The translations under genes and the position numbers were made by a program. From Minisyncoccota bacterium (GTDB lineage: Bacteria; Patescibacteriota; Minisyncoccia; Phycocordibacterales; UBA9973), in assembly GCA_036405895.1 (NCBI GenBank), contig DASWWS010000002.1, positions 124,029 to 188,028 on the forward strand: a DNA stretch of 64,000 bases. Direction: 5' to 3'. The notes below the pieces were generated by a model. The model did not search any database, was not told where the DNA came from, and saw only the letters and a program-made list of their open reading frames with translations. Shown piece after piece: positions 42,774-52,627 of this stretch (the stretch's first letter is position 1; every line of letters starts with the position of its first letter).

Positions 42774-43505
42774 TTAGAGAAGGCTTGCGAGGGTGTACTC
42801 TTGGATAAGTCCTGTTTCTTCACCCTTTGAAAATACCTTTTTATACTTTGCACCCTTCTTTCCTTTCACCCGCGCTTCGCATTCTGCCCATGTCTTATCG
42901 GTGTACACTTTTCCGCCCACCGATGAAACATAGGAGTATGCGGGACCTGTCTCTTTTTTTGCCCCTGGTTTTTTTACAGGCTTTTGCACTGATTTCGGTG
43001 GAGTATCAATCAGCTGTTGCTCGTATGCTTTCAGTGTTCCGTTAAAAAGGGTGTGGGGATTTTTCAACGCAGCCGCAACAGCAAGTTCGTCGCAGCGGTC
43101 ATTGTATTGGTGCCCGCTGTGTCCTTCGACTTTCACCAATTCAAGTTGTTTTCCAAAGTGGTCGCGCAGTTCCAAAAGCGCCTGCCACTGTATTTTGTTT
43201 TCCACGGGCTTTTTTGTTGCCGTGAGCCAGCCATTTCTTTTCCACCCATCGAGCCAGCTCTCAAGGCCACGGAGTACGTAGATCGAGTCGGCGTGCACCA
43301 ACACTTTCGCATCAGGAAAATGCTTCTTTGCATATTCCAATCCCTTTTCTACTGCCAAAAGCTCCATTTGGTTATTGGTCGCAGGGGTAACATTGCCGGC
43401 AAGCTCTACTGCTTTTGTGTCAGTCATCACTATTGCCGCCCACCCCCCGGGGCCTGGGTTTCCACGTGAAGCGCCGTCAGTATAAATCGTTACAGTGTTT
43501 TTCAT
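42774..43505 (-). CDS. rnhA: ribonuclease HI with C-terminal hybrid-binding (RNase H1 N-terminal/caulimovirus VI-like) domain
   Basis: YTDGASRGNPGPGG, NNQMEL, HADS, HSGHQYNDRCDELA. The C-terminus YSYVSSVGGKVYTDKTWAECEARVKGKKGAKYKKF fits the HBD pattern. Start at ATG 43505. Confidence 0.85.
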   Translation of the reverse strand: MKNTVTIYTDGASRGNPGPGGWAAIVMTDTKAVELAGNVTPATNNQMELLAVEKGLEYAKKHFPDAKVLVHADSIYVLRGLESWLDGWKRNGWLTATKKPVENKIQWQALLELRDHFGKQLELVKVEGHSGHQYNDRCDELAVAAALKNPHTLFNGTLKAYEQQLIDTPPKSVQKPVKKPGAKKETGPAYSYVSSVGGKVYTDKTWAECEARVKGKKGAKYKKVFSKGEETGLIQEYTLASLL

Positions 43506-43647
43506 CGAATCATTATATGACAAAAAACAAGAATAGTCCCTGAGAACCGACTAACGGAGCCTGTCTGAGGCGAGTTGGAAGAATTCAACAGCCAGAAAAA
43601 TATGTGTGTGGTTCGAAGGGAGCTATTCTTATTTTTTGGAGTATTTC

Positions 43648-45288
43648 TTATAAAACCTCCCGTATTCTGAGGCGCACTCCGCTTCGAAAGCCTGGTTCGA
43701 GTGTTGCAGTAAAAGAAATGGTTGCGCCTGGAGAACACTGTGCGCACAGTTCATCGCTCGCAAAAAACGTAAACGCTGTCATGCTTGCAGTCGCGTCCTG
43801 CACCACACATTCCAAATGCTCGCGTGTTTTGCCGAACTTTTTCGCACTTACCACTTCAACATCTTTGAACAAAAACAATGGTTCAGGATTTCCTACCCCA
43901 AACGGTGCAAATCTTCTGATAACCTGATGGTGGCGAGTCGTTGCAATAGCAAGTGGGACTTCTATCGGTGTATGCGCAATGACTGCCTTTTCTGTATCCC
44001 CCACAGTTTCAATCGCACCATTGAGCGCATCTTCTAAAAAGTGTACCTGTTCTTTGCTCACAGAAAACCCGCCCGCTGCCTGGTGTCCTCCTGCGTGAAG
44101 AATCGCTCCTTCGGGAAGCGCCTGAAACAAATACGCGGCATGGTGCACTGCAATCATCCGGCATGAGCCTTTGAGGCTTCCGTCCCCCGCCTCGCCCCAC
44201 ACAAAAAAGCTTCGCTCGTACGTTTCCTGCAGCTTGTTTGCAACCAATCCTAAGACTGCTGGGCGCCATGTCGGGTCGCCAATTACCACAATAGCAGGCA
44301 GTTCGCGCGTGGAGAGGCGCGCATGCGCTTCTTTTACAATGCGTGCCACCAAAAGCTTTCGCTCGTTATTTATCTTGTCGAGTTCAGTAACGATAGTCAT
44401 CGCCTCTGATCGGTCCTCAGTTGCAAGCAAATTAAATGCGAGCATCGGGGTACGCATGCGCGACGCAGCATTGAGGCGCGGCGCAACAGTGAATGTCAGA
44501 TCAGTCTCGGAGAGCTTGTCCATCATCAGTCCATTGTTGGCAAAGAGTGTCTTCAAACCAACGCGACGCGTCTTTTTCATCACCATCATGCCGTATGCTA
44601 CAAGGACGCGGTTTTCGCCGGTCAGCGGGACCATGTCTGAGAGTGTTGCGAATCCCACCATGTCGAGGAGCCACTTCTCCCAGCCCGCTACAATGCCGTA
44701 CTCTTTCCCGTATTTTTCCAAAAATGCACGCACAAGCGTGAACGCAACACCTGCTCCGCAAAGGTCTTGATTAGAGTAGGTACCTTTTGCGGGATGCACA
44801 ACAGCGTATGCTGCGGGGTATTCCGGGAGTGGTGCGTGGTGGTCGGTCACTATGCAATCTATCCCGCGGCTTTGCGCGTCTGCAATTTCAGCAAGGGCGG
44901 TAATACCAACGTCCACGGTGAGCATCAGCGTTACTCGCTGTTTTTGCATCTCGTTAATACCAAGCACGCTCACGCCATATCCTTCATCATGGCGGTCCGG
45001 GATATATACTCGTACATAGTCTGCAACACCGAGTGCCTTAAAAAAATCGAGGAGGATTACTGCAGCCGGAATGCCATCGCAGTCATAGTCGGCGTAAATG
45101 CCAATAAATTCTTTCGCATCCACTGCGCGCTTGATGCGTTCAACCGCACGCTCCATGTCCTCAAATTTCCACACGTCGCCAAGGCTGTATGAAGGGAAAA
45201 GGAATTCTTGCTGTGCCTCTGGTGTGAGCCCCATTCGATCAATTAAAATAGCCTGCAATTCATCAGGCGTCGGAGTAGTTGGTTCCAT
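43648..45288 (-). CDS. recJ: single-stranded-DNA-specific exonuclease RecJ
   Basis: DHH motifs (YADYDCDGI, DHH at VTDHH) and a DHHA1 GGHQAAGG motif. Start at ATG 45288. Confidence 0.92.
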   Translation of the reverse strand: MEPTTPTPDELQAILIDRMGLTPEAQQEFLFPSYSLGDVWKFEDMERAVERIKRAVDAKEFIGIYADYDCDGIPAAVILLDFFKALGVADYVRVYIPDRHDEGYGVSVLGINEMQKQRVTLMLTVDVGITALAEIADAQSRGIDCIVTDHHAPLPEYPAAYAVVHPAKGTYSNQDLCGAGVAFTLVRAFLEKYGKEYGIVAGWEKWLLDMVGFATLSDMVPLTGENRVLVAYGMMVMKKTRRVGLKTLFANNGLMMDKLSETDLTFTVAPRLNAASRMRTPMLAFNLLATEDRSEAMTIVTELDKINNERKLLVARIVKEAHARLSTRELPAIVVIGDPTWRPAVLGLVANKLQETYERSFFVWGEAGDGSLKGSCRMIAVHHAAYLFQALPEGAILHAGGHQAAGGFSVSKEQVHFLEDALNGAIETVGDTEKAVIAHTPIEVPLAIATTRHHQVIRRFAPFGVGNPEPLFLFKDVEVVSAKKFGKTREHLECVVQDATASMTAFTFFASDELCAQCSPGATISFTATLEPGFRSGVRLRIREVL

Positions 45289-45329
45289 GCTCTGAGTATA
45301 GCATTTATCAAATTTGCTATACTCAGAGC
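45289..45329. promoter_or_regulatory. perfectly palindromic divergent promoter region (recJ / HIT)
   Basis: GCTCTGAGTATAGCA-N11-TGCTATACTCAGAGC fills the entire 41 bp between the two start codons. Each arm is TGCTATACT plus 6 nt, followed by the ATG. Confidence 0.75.
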
Positions 45330-45722
45330 ATGACGGACACAATATTTGGAAAAATCATTTTGGGAGAAATCCCTTCCACAAAAGTATATGAGGATGGCGA
45401 CTGTCTGGCCTTTATGGATATCAACCCTGTTGCCAAAGGGCACGTATTATTAATACCGAAAGCGCACTTTGTATGGATGCAAGACGTCCCCGATGTACTC
45501 CTTTCTATGCTTTTTATCCGTGCAAAACGACTGATGATCGCAATGAAAGAGTCTTTAGGGTGCGACTATGTACAAGTTTCGGTTGTCGGGAAAGACGTAC
45601 CACACTTTCACATTCACCTTATCCCGCGCTATATGAACGATGAACTGCACGGCTGGCGCACGGGTACGTATGAAGAAGGCGAGGTTATTGAATTTGCCAA
45701 AAAAATAACAACTGCACTGTAA
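45330..45722 (+). CDS. HIT (histidine triad) family hydrolase
   Basis: HFHIHLIPR triad. INPVAKGHVLLIPK. Confidence 0.92.
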   Translation: MTDTIFGKIILGEIPSTKVYEDGDCLAFMDINPVAKGHVLLIPKAHFVWMQDVPDVLLSMLFIRAKRLMIAMKESLGCDYVQVSVVGKDVPHFHIHLIPRYMNDELHGWRTGTYEEGEVIEFAKKITTAL

Positions 45723-45756
45723 AATAAAAATTCCTGGGGTTTGGCCTCAGGAATTT

Positions 45757-46890
45757 TTATTTGAGTGCATCAATCCCAGGCAATGTACCGTTTGAGAGAT
45801 AGTCGAGTGCCGCGCCACCACCAGTTGAGACGAATACTCGTTTTGAAAGTGCAGTATTGCTTGAGAGGATCTTTTCAAGTGCAGCACCAGTGTCCCCACC
45901 CCCAATGACAGCTGTCGCTTTTGATTCCACGATTGCTTGTGCAAGAGAAACAGTTCCTTTGGTAAATCCTTTTTCATACCAACCAGTTGGGCCGTTCCAT
46001 ACGACAAGCTTTGCCTTCTCAATTTTCTTCGCAATGAGTGCAGTGCTCTGGGGGCCAATATCGGCAATAATGTCATCTGCCTCCACTTCGTCGGGAGTCA
46101 GCGTTACTTTTTTAGTGCCTCGAGCGACAATGACATCGATCGGAAGAAGAAGTTTTGGGTTGCCCAGAAGCGGCTTGATTGCCTTGTCATAGCCTTCTTC
46201 TACCACTGACTTCCCTACAGGAAATCCGGCACTCTTGTAGAAATTATTTAAAATAGCGCCTCCTATTACTACATTGTCCGCACTTTCAGCAAAGCGCTTG
46301 AGAAGTGGGATTTTTGTACTGAATTTCGCACCTCCAAGAATAAAAAGAAAGGGGTGCTTTGGCTTTTCTACCACAACAGAGAGCGCTTTTACTTCTGCCT
46401 GCAGAGTGAACCCTGCGTACGAAGGAAGGAATTTTGGCACGCCCACAATGGATGCATGCTTTCTGTGCGATACTGAAAACGCATCATTTACATACGCGTC
46501 TCCATATGAGGCAAGTACTTTTGCAAAAGATTTATCGTTCTTCTCTTCACCCTCATATCGGCGAATATTTTCAAACAGTATCACTGTTCCCTTTGGAACT
46601 TTCGCTACAATATCATGCGTTCGGGAGTCCGCAAGATCGTTATCAATAAATACGATGTTGTAGCGTTTGGAAAGCACTGTTGCAACAGGGCGCAGGCTTC
46701 CCTCTCCGTCGCCCACATGCGCAAGAAGGAGTGGGGTGCCGCCCTTTTTCAATACTGCATCAATACTTCCGTACGCAGCTTCTATGCGACGAGTATCGGC
46801 AACCTTTCCGTTTTTCAGCGGCACATTAAAGTCAACACGGATAAGCACGCGTTTGTTTTTTATTGAGGGAATTTTTTGCAGTGGTGTCAT
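45757..46890 (-). CDS. pgk: phosphoglycerate kinase
   Basis: RVDFNVP...GGGDT..., 377 aa. Confidence 0.95.
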   Translation of the reverse strand: MTPLQKIPSIKNKRVLIRVDFNVPLKNGKVADTRRIEAAYGSIDAVLKKGGTPLLLAHVGDGEGSLRPVATVLSKRYNIVFIDNDLADSRTHDIVAKVPKGTVILFENIRRYEGEEKNDKSFAKVLASYGDAYVNDAFSVSHRKHASIVGVPKFLPSYAGFTLQAEVKALSVVVEKPKHPFLFILGGAKFSTKIPLLKRFAESADNVVIGGAILNNFYKSAGFPVGKSVVEEGYDKAIKPLLGNPKLLLPIDVIVARGTKKVTLTPDEVEADDIIADIGPQSTALIAKKIEKAKLVVWNGPTGWYEKGFTKGTVSLAQAIVESKATAVIGGGDTGAALEKILSSNTALSKRVFVSTGGGAALDYLSNGTLPGIDALK

Positions 46891-46905
46891 ATGGTATTCA
46901 AAAAG

Positions 46906-47658
46906 TTATTGCAGCGATTTAGCGAGCATGCCAAAGCGCTTTGCATCGAGTGAAACGCGTCCTACCAATAGTCCCTGTACAGTGCCTTCCACAACAAACT
47001 GCTTTGCATTTTGCTCATTCACTGACCCGCCGTAGAGGACCGTAATACCTGCAGCAAATTTCTCTCCATGAACATCGCGGATGAGCTTGCGGATATATAT
47101 CACCATTTCTCGGCACTCAAGTGCTGTTGCTTCGCGCTTTGCATCCTTGCCAATTGCCCAGACGGGCTCGTACGCTATCACAATGTTTTTAAATGCAGCC
47201 TTTGAAACGCTTGAAAGCAGCAAGTCGAGTTGGTCTTTTACGACGCTCAAATACCACCCCTGTGCATCGCGCTCGCGCTCTCCGATGCAAACGATAGGGA
47301 TAATCTTTTTTTCGATTAAACGCGTTACTTGAAGATTTACCGTTTCGTTGGTCTCTCCGCGCTCCCGACTCTCAGAGTGCCCTACGATGCAGTAGTCCAC
47401 CCCTATTCCTTTGAGCTGTGTTGCACTGACAAGCCCCGTATTGGCAACTTCTGTTTCAACAGAGACACTTTGTGCTCCAATCAAAAGCGGTGCGTGTGCA
47501 GACTTAACAACAGGAGCTAGGTGCACAAATGAAGGGCACACTGCCACTTTCAGAAATTTTTTGTAGGTGCGTGCAAGTGCTGCTGTCTTTTTCGCAAGTT
47601 CAAGTGCGAGAGAAGGCTTTTCAGGAGCCATTTTCCAGTTTCCGACCAATAGTATCAT
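46906..47658 (-). CDS. tpiA: triosephosphate isomerase
   Basis: GNWKM...GHSERR-like (GHSESRE)...AYEPVWAIG. Confidence 0.95.
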   Translation of the reverse strand: MILLVGNWKMAPEKPSLALELAKKTAALARTYKKFLKVAVCPSFVHLAPVVKSAHAPLLIGAQSVSVETEVANTGLVSATQLKGIGVDYCIVGHSESRERGETNETVNLQVTRLIEKKIIPIVCIGERERDAQGWYLSVVKDQLDLLLSSVSKAAFKNIVIAYEPVWAIGKDAKREATALECREMVIYIRKLIRDVHGEKFAAGITVLYGGSVNEQNAKQFVVEGTVQGLLVGRVSLDAKRFGMLAKSLQ

Positions 47659-47679
47659 TGTCTTAGTATAGCAGATTTT

Positions 47680-49434
47680 TTATACCTCTTTCCACGAATC
47701 AATATTCCATGATCCGCTCGGTCCGCTCGAAAAATTGAGGTTTGCAATTCCACTCTCATAGGTAACAGAGCTGCCTCCAGAAATACTAATGGCATAGCCC
47801 GTCACTTGTTTTGCAGTCACCCCTCCTGTAAGGCTAATAGTTCCGTTCTGGGCGACAAGGATAACCGCCCCTGATCCTCCGTCTTGGGTGATTGCATTGC
47901 TTGCAGTCGACTTCGAAACAAGCAGAATGTAGCTGCCTGTTGTACCGGAACCATTCGCCGTCCCGCCCCCCGAAAGAGCAATTCTACCGTTTACCAAGAC
48001 CGCATCGCTTGCTGTTCCATAGGCGCTCGAGAGCCGTATTGTTGAGCCTCCACTAATCGTCAGTGTCCCCGTTACCCAGAGCGTTCCGTCAAGTATTACT
48101 GTTGACCCACCCGTTACAGTAAGATTGCCAACAATTTTTCTCGGCCCCATATTGACCGTAGTCCCGCTTCCGACAGTAATATTTCCGGTAGTAGTTGTTC
48201 CGAGAACGGCTTTTTCTTCCCATGAAGCAATTGCATCTTCAGATACCGGCCACTCCCCTTCAGCATCAACCGCTCCAGTTGTCGTGCAGGCCTTATTGTT
48301 TCCAGTTCCGCTTTGGCAATGAATGGTTCCACCCACAATGGAATCGTTTACTGTGTACGCCCGCGCATCTCCACCAATGCCCCCTCCTTTTAAGTTATCA
48401 ATCAGTCCGGTGCTTCCCCCCATAAATACGCCAAAATATCCATCCAAACCGTTTGGCGTGGTTGCACTAAAGCTTCCGCCAAATACCCCGACCTTCGCCA
48501 TGCCATTTGCATAGGTGCTGTTTGTCGCACCAAGCGTATAGTACGAGCCATAGGTTGAGCTGGTATCAAGCACTATCCAATACGTGCTCCCTGCATTGAG
48601 TGTAGGAGCGGCTCCGAACGGAACAGAGATGTATGAATACCCGGTTCCTATGTCCTCATGGTCAAGCGTTGCAGAGGCAATTGTTGTTCCCGGATTTCCA
48701 CCACTATTTGCAGTGATGCGCACGGTGATATCTCCCATCCACGCCGCTGAACTTTTTTTAATATATAGCCGGACATTTGAAAGCGTATTGGATTCGGACA
48801 CCTGAAAACTCTGCGCCATGTCGTCGGTGTAGTTCGTCTGCCAGTCCACGCTCCCACCAAAGCGTATCTCTGCCGGAGGAACAGCAGCACCGTCATTTTG
48901 CTGGTTGGCAGTCGGGCTTGAAACAGTAGCGCTCACTGCAGTGCCGCTGATACTGTTTGAGCCGCTGTTGTTTGCGGTGATAGGGCCATTGGAATAGACG
49001 TTACCGACAATGCTCCCGCTCTGAAGCGATATGCCTCCGCGGCCCGCTTGCAGTCCGTATTGAAATGATGCACCCGCGCCCTGCGAAACGGTGACAGAAA
49101 CGCTTCGATTGCGGTCTTTTGCATCCCCCACAGAAGTAATCTGCTTTTCCGTAAGATTGACCGTTGTTACCGTAGTAGTTGTTTCAGCGGTACCTAAAAC
49201 AAGCGTCTCGCTTGCCGAAAGCTGCTTGCCGGTGCGCAGTCGGTACAACACATCCTCAACCCCGCTCTCGGCAATAAAATAGCTTTGCTTTGCCTGAAGC
49301 GAGTCTTCCGCGATGCGGTTTGCGTGCAGCGCCGGCACCACCAGCCCCAATGCAATAGAAAGAGAGAGTGCGACAAAGAGCACCATGGTGATAATCAGAA
49401 CGCTTCCTTGATTATACGAGTTTCTTTTTTTCAT
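47680..49434 (-). CDS. PilX-N-like minor pilin fused to a large beta-helix/Gly-Ser-Thr-rich domain (putative pilus tip/adhesin)
   Basis: N-terminal hydrophobic segment plus QAKQSYFIAESGVEDVLYRL (PilX_N pattern). C-terminal repeats such as TVTGGSTVILDGTLWVTGTLTISGGSTI. Confidence 0.7.
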   Translation of the reverse strand: MKKRNSYNQGSVLIITMVLFVALSLSIALGLVVPALHANRIAEDSLQAKQSYFIAESGVEDVLYRLRTGKQLSASETLVLGTAETTTTVTTVNLTEKQITSVGDAKDRNRSVSVTVSQGAGASFQYGLQAGRGGISLQSGSIVGNVYSNGPITANNSGSNSISGTAVSATVSSPTANQQNDGAAVPPAEIRFGGSVDWQTNYTDDMAQSFQVSESNTLSNVRLYIKKSSAAWMGDITVRITANSGGNPGTTIASATLDHEDIGTGYSYISVPFGAAPTLNAGSTYWIVLDTSSTYGSYYTLGATNSTYANGMAKVGVFGGSFSATTPNGLDGYFGVFMGGSTGLIDNLKGGGIGGDARAYTVNDSIVGGTIHCQSGTGNNKACTTTGAVDAEGEWPVSEDAIASWEEKAVLGTTTTGNITVGSGTTVNMGPRKIVGNLTVTGGSTVILDGTLWVTGTLTISGGSTIRLSSAYGTASDAVLVNGRIALSGGGTANGSGTTGSYILLVSKSTASNAITQDGGSGAVILVAQNGTISLTGGVTAKQVTGYAISISGGSSVTYESGIANLNFSSGPSGSWNIDSWKEV

Positions 49435-49435
49435 A

Positions 49436-49921
49436 CTACTGCGTACGCAACAAAGCGGTCGAATAAAATGACGCAGTCCTGATAACCCCTCCGGTTGCCG
49501 TAAGCGTAAGCTCCACCTTCACTCCTTCCCCAACTGGAGTGGTGATGCGGCGAAAGACCATATTCGTTACAGCTACCTGGCTGGTAGAAAGAATTCCTGT
49601 TGTACTGTTTTCCGTTATAGTAGCTGCGCCATTTGAAACAGCAAACGCAACCGTATCTCCCCCGCTTGCAAGCGTAAGTGTTCCAGGGTGAGTGCCAAAC
49701 GTACCCGTTGAAATGCTTTCGGCGTCGCGCACTTCGCGCGTAATGCGCTCAATGATAAGTTCGCCGTTGTTCTGAAGTCTTCGGAATCCTTGTGCGCTTG
49801 CGTACGTGCGCATCAACACCACCAATGAATGCACCAAAAGAACCGAAATCATGGCAAAAAGCGCGACATAGACCAATAGTTCGAGCAATGAATATCCTTT
49901 GTTTGTATTTTTTATTTTCAT
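49436..49921 (-). CDS. pseudopilin/minor pilin
   Basis: KGYSLLELLVYVALFAMISVLL is a prepilin-type N-terminus. Confidence 0.75.
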   Translation of the reverse strand: MKIKNTNKGYSLLELLVYVALFAMISVLLVHSLVVLMRTYASAQGFRRLQNNGELIIERITREVRDAESISTGTFGTHPGTLTLASGGDTVAFAVSNGAATITENSTTGILSTSQVAVTNMVFRRITTPVGEGVKVELTLTATGGVIRTASFYSTALLRTQ

Positions 49922-49922
49922 A

Positions 49923-50390
49923 CTATTGCCTAATGTTTGCTATATAAAATGCCAAACTTTTTGTTTGCAAGCCGGTTGATGCAGACCAGGAAACAGTTAC
50001 CGTCACAAGCTTTGTTCCCGAATCAGTTGTTCCGCTTGCCGCAATGTCGTCCGTTGCATTTCGGGAAACGTTCGTTACGACAATGCTTCTGGTAAAGCGG
50101 TCAATTACAACAGGAGTTGTGGTAAATACCCACGCGCTTCCATTGTATGACAAATAGTACGTCGTGCCCGGAGTAAGCGAGCTGATGCTGCTCCATGAGG
50201 TATCGCGAATCGCCTTTGTAGCTTCTGCCCCCTCTTCAAGAAGAAATGACGCTTGTGTTCGCTCAAGCGCACGCTGGGAGACTTCTACTGTGTTCTGTAT
50301 TGAACCAATCAATAAAATAAGCACCACCGCAATAACAGACGATGCGATAATCACTTCTATAAGAAAAAATCCGCGTTGTGAAGAATGCAT
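49923..50390 (-). CDS. pseudopilin/minor pilin
   Basis: QRGFFLIEVIIASSVIAVVL. Start at ATG 50390, 2 nt after the upstream stop. Confidence 0.7.
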   Translation of the reverse strand: MHSSQRGFFLIEVIIASSVIAVVLILLIGSIQNTVEVSQRALERTQASFLLEEGAEATKAIRDTSWSSISSLTPGTTYYLSYNGSAWVFTTTPVVIDRFTRSIVVTNVSRNATDDIAASGTTDSGTKLVTVTVSWSASTGLQTKSLAFYIANIRQ

Positions 50391-50391
50391 A

Positions 50392-50841
50392 TTAATTTCG
50401 TGCGACAGTACCAGTGGCGGTAACAGTGATAGTGCGGAGTGTCCCGCTTGGCAATTGCAATTGTAGTGTACCATGATGCGCAGTTGTTCCGCGCAGTCGG
50501 TCAAACGTTATTGTTGACCCCCCGCCGGAAAGAGCAACTGTTCCAAGCACTACAGGTGATTCGTATAAAAAGATTTGATTGGTGGGAGCTGCGCTTTGAT
50601 ATGTTGCCCCGCGAAACAAAATTGCGCGGTCGGCCTCCAGCCGAACGCTGTAGTTCGTGTTCTCGGTCCCCGCAAGCGTTTTTGCGCGCGCCTCATTGAT
50701 GACAGTAAGCACTGCATTGGTCGTATTTTGCAGCGCTTGCTCTCGTCTGAATCGAATAATCGGCAAAGATGCAATACCCATCAATACTCCAACAATAGTC
50801 AGGACAATCAAAAGCTCAATAATGGTAAACCCTTTTTTCAT
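50392..50841 (-). CDS. pseudopilin/minor pilin (GspH/FimT-like)
   Basis: MKKGFTIIELLIVLTIVGVLMGIA. Confidence 0.8.
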   Translation of the reverse strand: MKKGFTIIELLIVLTIVGVLMGIASLPIIRFRREQALQNTTNAVLTVINEARAKTLAGTENTNYSVRLEADRAILFRGATYQSAAPTNQIFLYESPVVLGTVALSGGGSTITFDRLRGTTAHHGTLQLQLPSGTLRTITVTATGTVARN

Positions 50842-50842
50842 A

Positions 50843-52048
50843 CTATTGAATACTGTCCATCAGTGAATACATAGGCGAAAGCATTGAAATGGCAAAAAAT
50901 CCCACCGCGCCTCCGATAAAGATCATCAGTACAGGCTCGATGATAGTAGAGAGATCCTTTGTCTTTGCATCAACCTCCGCTTCGTAAAATACCGCAATAT
51001 CGAGCAGCATGTTTGCAAGCTTCCCCGTCTCTTCTCCGACCGCTACCATTTCGCCAACCATCACCGGATAAAGATTGGTGTGTCGCTGAAGCACGCTCGA
51101 CATCGTTTCACCTTTTTCCACGCGCTCTTCAATTTCGGCAAGCACGCTCTTATAATAGCTGTTTTGCAGCACTTCTTTGGTGATGCCGATTGCGCGCGAA
51201 ATGCTCACTCCTGCAACCAAGAGAGATGAGAGCGTGCGGGCAGTACGGGCTGCATTCACCTCTTGTACCAATACGCCAACCACCGGCACGCGAGTGCTCA
51301 TATAGTCTGAAAACTTCTGCACTGCCGGGCGCTTAAACGCAAAGTAGCCTCCCACCACTATCACTGCAATGCCCAGGAGAAGAAATGCAATATGGTTTGA
51401 AATCATATCCGAAACCCATACCACAATGCGCGTTGAAGTCGGCAGGTCAACATTGAGTTCTTTGAATGTTTTTGTCAGTACTGGCACAACATAAATAAAC
51501 ATGAGTATTCCGATAATGAATATAGCGACAATAATAATCGCCGGGTACATGAGGGCACTTTTTATTTTTCGGTTGAGGTTGTAGCTTTTTTCAAGATTCC
51601 CGCCGACTTCCATTAATGCCTCAGGCAATCCTCCCGACTCTTCCCCTGCTTTCACCATTGCCACAAAAAGGCTGGAGAAAATAGCCGGGTACTTGGAAAG
51701 TCCCGCTGAAAAGGTCTCCCCATTGTCGATACTCGCAATCAGCGACTCAAGAATTGTTTTAAAATAATTGTTTGTTGTCTGTTTTTTCAATACAACAAGG
51801 GCTCGTGCAAGCGGAAGGCCCGCGCGAAGCATGCCGGCAAGGTTTTTTGTGAAAATGATTTTCTCGCTGAGTTTTACGCGCTTGAATATGCCGTCGAGCG
51901 TCAGCGTGCGCTTCTTTTTTTCTGTCACCGTAATCGGTGTAAGGCCGGTCTCGCGCAAGGTAATAATCGCTTCGGTCTTAGTAGGCTCCTCAATCACTCC
52001 CTCAACCAATGCTCCGGTTGTGTTTCGCGCCGTGTAGGTAAATAGCAT
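50843..52048 (-). CDS. pilC: type II secretion/type IV pilus platform protein (GspF/PilC family)
   Basis: Duplicated T2SSF domains and three TM segments, 401 aa. Confidence 0.92.
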   Translation of the reverse strand: MLFTYTARNTTGALVEGVIEEPTKTEAIITLRETGLTPITVTEKKKRTLTLDGIFKRVKLSEKIIFTKNLAGMLRAGLPLARALVVLKKQTTNNYFKTILESLIASIDNGETFSAGLSKYPAIFSSLFVAMVKAGEESGGLPEALMEVGGNLEKSYNLNRKIKSALMYPAIIIVAIFIIGILMFIYVVPVLTKTFKELNVDLPTSTRIVVWVSDMISNHIAFLLLGIAVIVVGGYFAFKRPAVQKFSDYMSTRVPVVGVLVQEVNAARTARTLSSLLVAGVSISRAIGITKEVLQNSYYKSVLAEIEERVEKGETMSSVLQRHTNLYPVMVGEMVAVGEETGKLANMLLDIAVFYEAEVDAKTKDLSTIIEPVLMIFIGGAVGFFAISMLSPMYSLMDSIQ

Positions 52049-52116
52049 AGGATAAGTGTAACAGATTTATAATAAAAAAAGCGCTCCCCTGGGGAGCGCA
52101 AAGTGCAAAAAAATAA

Positions 52117-52548
52117 TTATTTGAAGAGTGTTCGATACTTTGTCGGACTGGTTTCGTTTTCAAGCTCAAGCGAGGTTGCTGTCAAAGTGATAATTCCGTA
52201 CGTAATGGTGCTATTAGAAGCTTTCAGTACAATTTTAGTATCGTTTGCAGTCGGCTCCCAGGTGCCATTAAAACTTCCGCTTCCTCCAAATTCAACATAG
52301 GAAAATGTTTTGTCGGACTTAAAGGTGTAGGTATCCTTTTTTTCTTCCACGGACAGAGGGTCGTTAACACGAGTGCCGGAAACAATTTGCGTCGCAGAAA
52401 CAGGTGTCCACGTTTTTACCAAGAGCAGTGCTTTTGCACTAAGGCCGGGTTGTTCTGTTTTCGGAGTAGGGTTGTCTTTTTTGCAAGAAACAAAAGAAGA
52501 ACTGATAATCATTACCAATCCCGCTAAATAGAGAGAAATCTTTTTCAT
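52117..52548 (-). CDS. lipoprotein (lipocalin-like beta-rich) between pilB and pilC
   Basis: Lipobox SSFVSC. AT-rich. Own promoter (TTGACA...TAGTAT) and terminator GCGCTCCCC/GGGGAGCGC (52081-52099). Confidence 0.65.
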   Translation of the reverse strand: MKKISLYLAGLVMIISSSFVSCKKDNPTPKTEQPGLSAKALLLVKTWTPVSATQIVSGTRVNDPLSVEEKKDTYTFKSDKTFSYVEFGGSGSFNGTWEPTANDTKIVLKASNSTITYGIITLTATSLELENETSPTKYRTLFK

Positions 52549-52627
52549 TGTTTTTATTTTTATGTGAAAGATAAGTGATTTTCAATACTATGCACCCTAT
52601 GCAATATTTTGTCAACCCTTTGGAGCA

